Made by a program: the position numbers and the translations under genes. The notes below the pieces were generated by a model, which was not told the origin of the DNA, did not search any database, and saw only the letters and a list, made by a program, of their open reading frames with translations. From positions 158,796 to 222,795 of IMG/VR virus record IMGVR_UViG_3300049044_000033: a stretch of DNA of 64,000 nt; one strand, 5' to 3'. Origin of the DNA: a virus. Taxonomy: Duplodnaviria > Heunggongvirae > Uroviricota > Caudoviricetes. This document shows positions 26,642-32,432 of the stretch, one piece after another (within the stretch, counting starts at the first letter, position 1; each line of letters starts with the position of its first letter).

Positions 26642-26714
26642 TGCCAAGGGTCGGGATCGAACCGACATCGTGAGATTTTCAGTCTCCTGCGTGAACCATC
26701 ATTGCTACCTTGGC
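26642..26714 (-). tRNA. tRNA-Phe(GAA)
   Basis: GAGA-CTGAAAA-TCTC. Confidence 0.85.
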
Positions 26715-26872
26715 ATGGTCTGGCCGCTACCCAGTGGATTATACTTGACCCTTATGGTCTGGCCTAACCCAGGCGCTGCGCGGTCCCACAAACTTTTGAA
26801 GGTCTGCTCGATATTTAAGGAGCCCAGGGAGTAAATGGGCTCCAGGATTCCAAGGCATCTTGGAAATCTTTG

Positions 26873-26945
26873 TGCGAAGTCGGAGAATCGAACTCCGTTA
26901 GCCGGCTTATGAGACCAGTGCGATGACCATCACCGCCCACCTCGC
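26873..26945 (-). tRNA. tRNA-Met/Ile2(CAT)
   Basis: CTGGT-CTCATAA-GCCGG. Confidence 0.85.
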
Positions 26946-27033
26946 ATGTGAGAGAAGCTCGAAACTCTCAAAGTTGATTTGCTACGCTGGATCAATCTTC
27001 ACACCTAAGTGCTGAAAATCCTCGATAAGCTTT

Positions 27034-27107
27034 TGGTATCCCCTGTAGGAGTCGAACCCACGTTAACAAGGTTAGAACTTGTCGTGCTACCGTAACACTT
27101 AGGAGAT
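27034..27107 (-). tRNA. Amber suppressor tRNA (CTA)
   Basis: Full cloverleaf; ACAAG-TTCTAAC-CTTGT; CCA encoded. Confidence 0.88.
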
Positions 27108-27114
27108 ATTTTAT

Positions 27115-27477
27115 CTATATAGACAGTTTCAATATTATTGCATTAATTCTATTACCCTTAATAGCAATAAAGAACCGACCGTCTTTTTCTTGTCCGAAAC
27201 AAAAAGGTATTTCAGCAAGGTCAAGATAGACAATCAATCTATCCATCATATCCTTTTGACTGTCTGTGATCCATTCTCCTCCGGGCATCCCCCAGGGGCC
27301 ATCTTTGATTATACCCTGGACCAATTCCGAAAAATACACAGGTATGTATCCTTCAGGGATTATTAGGTCATAAGACAATAGAACAGGAAAATGTTTCCAA
27401 GACCTACGAGTTTTACTTAAATGAAGATTGAATCTTCGGTTAAATTCGATTCTAAATTCCGGAGCCGATTCGCACAT
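27115..27477 (-). CDS. Hypothetical protein
   Basis: Ends NAIILKLSI, related to the A-x-x-F-K-L motif. Confidence 0.6.
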   Translation of the reverse strand: MCESAPEFRIEFNRRFNLHLSKTRRSWKHFPVLLSYDLIIPEGYIPVYFSELVQGIIKDGPWGMPGGEWITDSQKDMMDRLIVYLDLAEIPFCFGQEKDGRFFIAIKGNRINAIILKLSI

Positions 27478-27517
27478 AATAGATATTTAACAGACTGTTG
27501 CTAGTTTGTCTATATTG

Positions 27518-27588
27518 CAGGGGTAGTAGGAATCGAACCCACAAAGACTGGTTTGGAGCCAGCCATGATACCATTTCATCATACCCCT
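27518..27588 (-). tRNA. tRNA-Trp(CCA)
   Basis: GCTGG-CTCCAAA-CCAGT; G73. Confidence 0.92.
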
Positions 27589-27590
27589 AT

Positions 27591-27679
27591 GGTAAATTCC
27601 CGGAGATTTTCACTCCGACTAACCGCTCGATGCGATCGTGCTCGGCGGGTTAGAGCCCTCCTCCTTACACTAGGAATTT
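27591..27679 (-). ncRNA. tRNA-like RNA with non-canonical T loop and no anticodon arm
   Basis: AATTCC/GGAATT acceptor; CGGAG-TGAAAAT-CTCCG; CTAACC/GGTTAG stem. Confidence 0.4.
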
Positions 27680-27681
27680 AG

Positions 27682-27752
27682 GAGGCCCAGAACGAATTGA
27701 ACGTTCACTACTGGCTATTCACACCAGCTTGCTACCACTACAACACAGGCCC
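27682..27752 (-). tRNA. Atypical tRNA (loop GTGAATA)
   Basis: Cloverleaf with wobble-rich acceptor; anticodon GAA or GTG ambiguous. Confidence 0.5.
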
Positions 27753-27826
27753 GTCCACGTGCTGGGAATCGAACCCAGATCCTCTGGGTGGAACCCAGTA
27801 TGCTAAACCTAACATCATTAGTGGAT
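27753..27826 (-). tRNA. Degenerate tRNA (Gly TCC / Trp-like)
   Basis: T arm CTGGG-TTCGATT-CCCAG; arm CTGGG-TTCCA-CCCAG; partial acceptor. Confidence 0.4.
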
Positions 27827-27908
27827 GGTGGGTGAGTATGGAGTCGAACCATTCCCGTGAGGCGCGGTTTTACAGACCGCTTGCTAGAACCGCTAGCTTT
27901 ACCCACCC
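27826..27908 (-). tRNA. tRNA-Tyr(GTA)
   Basis: GCGGT-CTGTAAA-ACCGC; CCA encoded. Confidence 0.88.
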
Positions 27909-27920
27909 ATGTGTATTAGA

Positions 27921-27992
27921 GGACGCCGAGGGAATCGAACCCTTTAACGAAGGCTTAAAAGGCCCTTGCCGTCCCAGACGACTTTCGTTTCA
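27921..27992 (-). tRNA. tRNA-Lys(TTT)-like, weak acceptor stem (possible pseudogene)
   Basis: AGGGC-CTTTTAA-GCCTT; acceptor poorly paired. Confidence 0.5.
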
Positions 27993-28006
27993 ACGTCCAT
28001 GTTGAG

Positions 28007-28081
28007 TCAGGGTGAAGGGACTCGAACCCCCACGATGTCCTCCTTCCAAAGGAGACAGCTTACCAATTAGCTCACACCCTG
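28007..28081 (-). tRNA. tRNA-Pro(TGG)
   Basis: TCTCC-TTTGGAA-GGAGG; C1-G72, A73. Confidence 0.88.
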
Positions 28082-28093
28082 ATGTGACTTTGT

Positions 28094-28167
28094 TGGTCGT
28101 TCTACCAAGATTCGAACTTGGATCTGCCGATTATCAGTCGGATGCACTACCATTGTGCTATAGAACG
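28094..28167 (-). tRNA. tRNA-Ile(GAT)
   Basis: CCGA-CTGATAA-TCGG; CCA encoded. Confidence 0.92.
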
Positions 28168-28172
28168 AAGTT

Positions 28173-28299
28173 GATGAGCAAGTGTTGAGCAGGACCGTTT
28201 ACTAGCCACCGCGACCAGACCCATAAAGTGGATCTGCTGGGAGTCGAACCCAGATCGTTTGATTCAAAGTCAAAGATAACCCTATTCTATCGGCTCATC
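28173..28299 (-). tRNA. Circularly permuted tRNA-Gln(TTG) inside a clamp element
   Basis: 3' piece 28229-28274 starts at nt 27 (TTTGA-CTTTGAA-TCAAA); 5' piece 28201-28222; acceptor GGGTCTG/CAGATCC. Confidence 0.82.
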
Positions 28300-28301
28300 G
28301 G

Positions 28302-28374
28302 TGCCTGTGGTGGGGGTCGAACCCACGCTGGATGCGTTCTGAACGCATTGCCTCTACCTTTGGGCTACACAGGC
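28302..28374 (-). tRNA. tRNA-Leu(CAG), short variable loop
   Basis: ATGCG-TTCAGAA-CGCAT. Confidence 0.88.
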
Positions 28375-28382
28375 ATGTTGTG

Positions 28383-28460
28383 TGGTGCTCCACCTGGGAC
28401 TCGAACCCAGACCTATACGGTTTTTGAATCCGCTGCCTCTTCCAATTGGGCTAGTAGAGC
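28383..28460 (-). tRNA. tRNA-Leu(CAA), short variable loop
   Basis: GCGGA-TTCAAAA-ACCGT; CCA encoded. Confidence 0.85.
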
Positions 28461-28479
28461 ATCGGGCATATATGCCCTT

Positions 28480-28555
28480 TGGTGCTCGGAGAGGGGGTCG
28501 AACCCTCGCTGGATACGTCCTCAACGTATTGCCTCTACCTTTGGGCTACCCGAGC
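28480..28555 (-). tRNA. tRNA-Leu(GAG), short variable loop
   Basis: ATACG-TTGAGGA-CGTAT; CCA encoded. Confidence 0.88.
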
Positions 28556-28627
28556 ATTACGAGGCGTCAATATTAACGACCTTTACTCTTACCTCCCGGA
28601 ACGGTTATGCGGGCGGCCTCGTATCTG

Positions 28628-28699
28628 TGCTCCTAAGAGGAATCGAACCTCTGCTCCATCCGTACCAAGGATGTGTGCTACCATTATCACTATAGGAGC
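28628..28699 (-). tRNA. tRNA-Thr(GGT)
   Basis: CATCC-TTGGTAC-GGATG. Confidence 0.92.
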
Positions 28700-28711
28700 A
28701 TGTTGATTGTG

Positions 28712-29395
28712 TCAACGCCTGACTATGAACTCTTTACAATTAGCCGAGTTCGTAATCCAAACAATGCGGTCTCTCGAAATCTCTTCCTCGAAGACCTCAG
28801 CCTTAGCTTTCTTTTCATCGTTGGATTCTTTATTCCACTTGCTATCTCGCATCAAGTCTGCCTTCAAGTTATCACCGTCAGTGATATGTTGGCGTGCCTT
28901 GTTGTAGATATTGTAATATTCAGGCATCTCTTTGTTGCGGACATAATAACGTCCACCAAACTTCAAAAAGCCAGTCGCTTCATACTTTGCGACCAACTTG
29001 TCGATCTCTTCCTCAGGCGTTTCCGGCTTGAGAAGTGATTTCCATTCCAATCCGTAACGCAAACCGGCGAAGAGCTCAGCAGTTCGTTTGTCAGAGGACC
29101 AAGAATGCAGGATGCCTTTTTCCCACGACTTGAAGGAGTCATCTTTAATGATGCCACGGTACAATGTGATCGTCTCTGGCAGCATCTGTCTAATTGGCTC
29201 GAACGCTGTGTGTATTTCCTGAGCAACCTCATCATTGGCCGCGATATGCTGCTCTAGAGCACCACCAGTCCAATTAGCAGTTTCCCAGTGGTCAATAGCC
29301 GACTTTGCGTCATGGCTTAATGCTTGGTAGGCTTTCTTTGCCATACCAAAGACATCTGACTGTGGGGCTCGTTCTAGGATCTCACTGTAGCGCAT
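28712..29395 (-). CDS. Hypothetical protein (putative late/virion protein)
   Basis: Start re-assigned to MRYSEILE, just after ATAAATA; the upstream ORF extension overlaps tRNAs. Confidence 0.7.
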   Translation of the reverse strand: MRYSEILERAPQSDVFGMAKKAYQALSHDAKSAIDHWETANWTGGALEQHIAANDEVAQEIHTAFEPIRQMLPETITLYRGIIKDDSFKSWEKGILHSWSSDKRTAELFAGLRYGLEWKSLLKPETPEEEIDKLVAKYEATGFLKFGGRYYVRNKEMPEYYNIYNKARQHITDGDNLKADLMRDSKWNKESNDEKKAKAEVFEEEISRDRIVWITNSANCKEFIVRR

Positions 29396-29408
29396 AATCC
29401 TATTTATG

Positions 29409-29481
29409 TAGCTGGTGCGGGGGTCGAACCCGCGCTTGATGCGTCCTAAGCGCATTGCCTCTACCATTGGGCTAACCAGCC
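29409..29481 (-). tRNA. tRNA-Leu(TAG), short variable loop
   Basis: ATGCG-CTTAGGA-CGCAT. Confidence 0.88.
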
Positions 29482-29482
29482 A

Positions 29483-29568
29483 TGGCGGAAAGCTAGGTAC
29501 TCGAAACCTAAGCCTTGCGGCTCGCACTCCTTAGCAGGGAGGCCCAGCACCTAGCTGGTCAACTTTCC
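29483..29568 (-). tRNA. tRNA-Ser(GCT)
   Basis: CTCC-CTGCTAA-GGAG; long arm; T53-A61; G73, CCA encoded. Confidence 0.85.
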
Positions 29569-29658
29569 ATTGGCCGGTCTCTCCCTGGTGTCACGCCATT
29601 ATGAAGAGCTCTTCCGGCTTACGAGTTGCTAGCGTCGCAGAGCTCGTGAATTACTTTT

Positions 29659-29733
29659 TGGCGACCTTGACGGGGATCGAACCCGCCTCACTCCGTAGAC
29701 AGCGGAGCAGCCTCACCAGATGCTTCCAAGGCC
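29659..29733 (-). tRNA. tRNA-Asp(GTC)
   Basis: CTCCG-CTGTCTA-CGGAG; G73, CCA encoded. Confidence 0.9.
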
Positions 29734-29742
29734 ATTTAGTCT

Positions 29743-29879
29743 AATGGGCAAGTGTTGCCGAGGATGTTTTTCCTGCTCTACCAACTGAGCTATCTCCCCG
29801 TAAGTGTGAGTGGGGAGAGTTGGATTCGAACCAACGACACGGAGCGTTTCAAGCGATAACCCTTGACTATCGGCCCATT
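29743..29879 (-). tRNA. Circularly permuted tRNA-Phe(GAA) inside a clamp element
   Basis: Joining 29771-29799 (ends GGA) to 29811-29854 (starts GC) gives a perfect cloverleaf with GGAGC-TTGAAAC-GCTCC. Confidence 0.92.
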
Positions 29880-29885
29880 TGACTG

Positions 29886-29954
29886 TGGAGCATATGGGAA
29901 TCGAACCCATTCTTCCGCGTTGCAAGCGCAGAGTCTAAACCCATTAGATGCCCC
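29886..29954 (-). tRNA. tRNA-Ala(TGC), shortened D arm
   Basis: CTGCG-CTTGCAA-CGCGG; G3:U70. Confidence 0.8.
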
Positions 29955-30006
29955 ATTGGTTCTCTGCTCTCAGAGTGTCAAGCCTGATCTGGCGGCTTTC
30001 CCTGCG

Positions 30007-30080
30007 TGGACAGTCTGGGGTTCGAACCCAGGACCTACGGTTTAAGAGACCGTCGCTGCTACCGACTGAGCTAACTGTCC
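30007..30080 (-). tRNA. tRNA-Lys(CTT)
   Basis: ACGGT-CTCTTAA-ACCGT. Confidence 0.92.
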
Positions 30081-30100
30081 ATTGGGGCATAAATGCCCTT

Positions 30101-30176
30101 TGGGGTGAAGGACGGGAATCGAACCCGCGGCATCCAGGACCACAACCTAGCGTTCTACCATTGAACTACCGACACC
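30101..30176 (-). tRNA. tRNA-His(GTG) with G-1:C73
   Basis: CTAGG-TTGTGGT-CCTGG; CCCCA end. Confidence 0.88.
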
Positions 30177-30189
30177 ATAAAGAACTAGT

Positions 30190-30363
30190 GTGCTTCTACG
30201 CCAAAGAGGGATATGGGCAGACAACCATCAAGCTGCCAACCCTCTCACTTTCCGGTTTATCCCGTGCCACAGGTCTTACCCTTTTACCGGGAGACATTAC
30301 GCAGCAGTCGGGCCTTCGCCTCACTCATTATAGGATGGCTGCTTCTAGGCCAACCTCCTAGTT
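30190..30363 (-). ncRNA. ncRNA containing a 23S rRNA L11-binding-domain (H43-H44) mimic
   Basis: AACTAGGAGGTTGGCCTAGAAGCAGCCATCCTATAATGAGTG[insertion]GCGTAATGTCTCCCGGT versus the conserved 23S AGGAUGUUGGCUUAGAAGCAGCCAUC...GCGUAAUAGCUCACUGGU. Confidence 0.8.
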
Positions 30364-30365
30364 CT

Positions 30366-30441
30366 TGGATGCCCGACTAGGGTTCGAACCTAGAACCTTC
30401 TGAGTCAGAGTCAGACGATCTACCAATTGATCTATCGGGCA
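30366..30441 (-). tRNA. tRNA-Gln(CTG)
   Basis: TCTGA-CTCTGAC-TCAGA; CCA encoded. Confidence 0.92.
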
Positions 30442-30446
30442 ATGTT

Positions 30447-30521
30447 TGGTGACCCATGGGGGAATTGAACCCCCGTTCTCGCCTTGAAAGGGCGCGCTCT
30501 TAACCACTAGAGGAATGGGCC
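30447..30521 (-). tRNA. tRNA-Glu(TTC)
   Basis: CGCC-CTTTCAA-GGCG; CCA encoded. Confidence 0.92.
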
Positions 30522-30533
30522 ATGTAGGTTTAG

Positions 30534-30604
30534 ATGCCCCTCGAGGGATCGAACCTCGGTTGTTGGTTTCAGAAACCATTCTCTTACCATTAGAGGAAGG
30601 GGCA
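30534..30604 (-). tRNA. tRNA-Gln(CTG)
   Basis: TGGT-TTCTGAA-ACCA. Confidence 0.88.
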
Positions 30605-30656
30605 ATATTAGGGATATTTAACGACGCGTACCCTTGAGATCGTCGCAACATAAAGT

Positions 30657-30730
30657 TGGTAGCCCGACGGAGGATCGAACTCCGTTTGCCGCGCTGAGAA
30701 CGCAGATTATTACCAATATAAGACCGGGCC
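30657..30730 (-). tRNA. tRNA-Glu(CTC)
   Basis: CTGCG-TTCTCAG-CGCGG; CCA encoded. Confidence 0.85.
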
Positions 30731-30825
30731 ATGGTCAAGTTTGAGCCGGCCGCCTGCCAGCGGAGCCGAGGAAGTGGCAGCTTCCAACAACGTAGCCGCT
30801 TTTCCTTCGCGACTTTGCCATTTCT

Positions 30826-30912
30826 TGGAGGACTAGGTGGGGTTCGAACCCACAAGGGATATTATCCGTCGCATTAAGAGTGCGGTGAGCCAACCAATTG
30901 CTCAACTAGTCC
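30826..30912 (-). tRNA. tRNA-Lys(CTT) with long variable arm
   Basis: CGCA-CTCTTAA-TGCG; variable arm GGATA-A-TATCC. Confidence 0.82.
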
Positions 30913-30943
30913 AAGAGCTGATTCACAGCTTAGAATTATTCAG

Positions 30944-31014
30944 CGTGGGCAAAGGGGTTTGAACCCTCACAAACAGTTGGGAAGACTGTCATGCTACCGT
31001 TACATCATGCCTAC
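30944..31014 (-). tRNA. tRNA-Gly(TCC), atypical (C37, G73)
   Basis: ACAGT-CTTCCCA-ACTGT. Confidence 0.75.
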
Positions 31015-31019
31015 ATGGT

Positions 31020-31171
31020 CAACGGGCAAGTGGCGAAGAGGATGTTTTTCCCGGCTTTACCAATTTGCCTATCCCCCGTCAAATGAGCACAAGTGCTGGT
31101 CGGGGGAGGAGGACTTGAACCTCCAAACAGGGTCTCCTAATGACGATAACCCTCAATCAATCGGCCCGTTG
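31020..31171 (-). tRNA. Circularly permuted tRNA-Leu(TAG) inside a clamp element
   Basis: 3' piece 31097-31144 with CCA, 5' piece 31050-31078; joined stem GG|GTC-ATTAGGA-GACCC; acceptor CGGGGGA/TCCCCCG. Confidence 0.88.
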
Positions 31172-31241
31172 GAGCTCTAGAGAGGACTCGAACCTCCTCA
31201 CCAGCCTTCGCAGGGCTAGGTCCCATCCAGTGGGCTAGAGC
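31170..31241 (-). tRNA. tRNA-Arg(GCG), shortened D arm
   Basis: TAGCC-CTGCGAA-GGCTG; CCA encoded. Confidence 0.82.
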
Positions 31242-31246
31242 ATGTT

Positions 31247-31345
31247 TGGTCCCAGGGGCACACCACTTGAGCAGTTAATTACTCTGCTCGTGAAGGCTTA
31301 GTAGGAGGTTCCGGCTGATGATTTCAGTCTCCAACGGCCCCTGGA
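31247..31345 (-). ncRNA. ACCA-terminated structured RNA (tRNA-like acceptor, no T loop)
   Basis: TCCAGGGGC/GCCCCTGGG-ACCA enclosing two hairpins (GGAG..CTCC; GAGCAG..CTGCTC). Confidence 0.5.
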
Positions 31346-31352
31346 ATAATAT

Positions 31353-31428
31353 TGGTCGCGGTGACAGGACTCGAACCTGCAATCTCTTGTTCCCGAAACA
31401 AGCGTGATACCACTTTCACTACACCACG
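31353..31428 (-). tRNA. tRNA-Pro(CGG)
   Basis: CTTGT-TTCGGGA-ACAAG; CCA encoded. Confidence 0.9.
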
Positions 31429-31465
31429 AAATAGCCCTATGACAACTTTCAGGGCTTGTTGTCTC

Positions 31466-31548
31466 TGGCTCCCAAGGAGGGACTCGAACCCCCACGCTTT
31501 CGCACCTGGTTAACAGCCAGGCGTATCTACCAGTTTCACCACTTGGGA
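31466..31548 (-). tRNA. tRNA-Asn(GTT) with long variable arm
   Basis: CCTGG-CTGTTAA-CCAGG; variable arm GC-GAAA-GC; G73, CCA encoded. Confidence 0.85.
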
Positions 31549-31551
31549 ATG

Positions 31552-31685
31552 ATTTGTGGGCAAGTTGAGGATTGGACGTTTTCGGTGCTACCACTACACT
31601 ACAGAGTCATTGCTGACTCTGCTAGGACTCGAACCTAGCCTCGCTTTTTTCAAGAAAGATAACCCAAGCCATTCGGCCCACAAAT
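31552..31685 (-). tRNA. Circularly permuted tRNA with TGA (Ser) anticodon and short variable loop, inside a clamp element
   Basis: 3' piece 31614-31657 (TTT-CTTGAAA-AAAGC), 5-nt spacer, 5' piece 31583-31608; acceptor GACTCTG/CAGAGTC; 10-bp outer stem. Confidence 0.82.
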
Positions 31686-31689
31686 TCAG

Positions 31690-31762
31690 TCGGGATAACA
31701 GGGTTCGAACCTGTGACCTCATGTCCCCCAGACATGCGCGCTACCACCTGCGCTATACCCCG
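31690..31762 (-). tRNA. tRNA-Pro(GGG)
   Basis: CATGT-CTGGGGG-ACATG. Confidence 0.92.
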
Positions 31763-31765
31763 ATG

Positions 31766-32029
31766 TTAACGGAACTTCATACCGAACAAAGTGTTACCGC
31801 GCCGTTTGCGGGCTTTCTTCTTCGACATTGTTCCTCTGTTAATGGTCTTTGGAGACCATTGTGATTTATCATGCTCTGCATTTACTGTTGCCAGTGATGG
31901 AGCATATTCATTGTCTTTTAGCATCTTCCGATGCCTACTTTTTGCTGTCTTCTTATACATTTGTAACCGATCAATGAGGAGTGATATCGTTCTCCTCAGT
32001 CGACTAAGCATGTTACCACACTTTGTCAA
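31766..32029 (-). CDS. Small basic protein
   Basis: Lys/Arg-rich ORF; upstream TTGACA. Confidence 0.4.
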   Translation of the reverse strand: MTKCGNMLSRLRRTISLLIDRLQMYKKTAKSRHRKMLKDNEYAPSLATVNAEHDKSQWSPKTINRGTMSKKKARKRRGNTLFGMKFR

Positions 32030-32034
32030 CTCTT

Positions 32035-32301
32035 TTGGATTGCTAGGACGAAGCCTTCACAATCCCAGGTGGTCGTATAAGGATATCGACCACCGCCAAC
32101 CCAGCCGTAGCTAGTTAGCTCTCCTTTTTACTCCGGGGGTAATTTAACCGCCCCGTTTCATCCGGCTCATGCGCCCATTCAGGTTTATTTAAAGTGGCTA
32201 TCCCGCGGTCTCGTTCCGCACTTACCACTTGACACTTCGTAAGTTCCTTGTTACATTTACTTACGGAGTAGTCTGGATCATTACGTTACCGTAACATCTC
32301 C
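32035..32301 (-). ncRNA. Candidate ~270-nt structured ncRNA
   Basis: TTGACA-17-TAAACA promoter at 32308-32336; stems CTTACG/CGTAAG, GGTGGTCG/CGACCACC, ACTCC/GGAGT. Confidence 0.6.
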
Positions 32302-32398
32302 GATCTGTGTTTAGCAGCTTCTAAATCCGCTGTCAACAATTATTTTTGCTGACCTCTAAATTTATTTTCTGCTGTCGTTTCCGACGGTTAGTGTTGAA

Positions 32399-32430
32399 TA
32401 AAAAAGCCCCGGAGTTTCCTCCGGGGCTTT
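32399..32430 (-). terminator. Intrinsic terminator
   Basis: AAAGCCCCGGAG-GAAA-CTCCGGGGCTTTTTT; near-identical hairpin at 3812-3844. Confidence 0.85.
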
Positions 32431-32432
32431 GT

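Noticed and set aside
23697..26790. Further degenerate tRNA-like fragments (about 23697-23775, 25098-25205, 26715-26790)
   Set aside because: Incomplete arms; cannot assign structure or identity with confidence
30190..30363. rRNA gene or operon
   Set aside because: 23S similarity is confined to one ~60-nt domain with an insertion, flanked by tRNAs
30735..30820. c-di-GMP-I riboswitch-like GGCAAA..GAA segment
   Set aside because: Second GEMM hairpin (GCAAAG) absent and no regulated ORF
13427..31685. Archaeal bulge-helix-bulge motif or known ribozyme as the clamp
   Set aside because: I could not build a 3-4-3 BHB at the junctions, and found no CUGAUGA/GAAA (hammerhead), GUC/AGAA (hairpin), twister, pistol, group I (terminal G) or group II (GUGYG, domain V) signatures
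13427..31685. Permuted tRNAs as leftover halves of two adjacent unrelated tRNA genes
   Set aside because: The halves are mutually complementary in acceptor and anticodon stems, lengths add up to one tRNA, and all share the same flanking clamp
25104..31864. Many 60-165 aa ORFs overlapping tRNA clusters (e.g. 28228..28695, 30358..30855)
   Set aside because: Artefacts of tRNA sequence (GFEP/GSNP-type translations)
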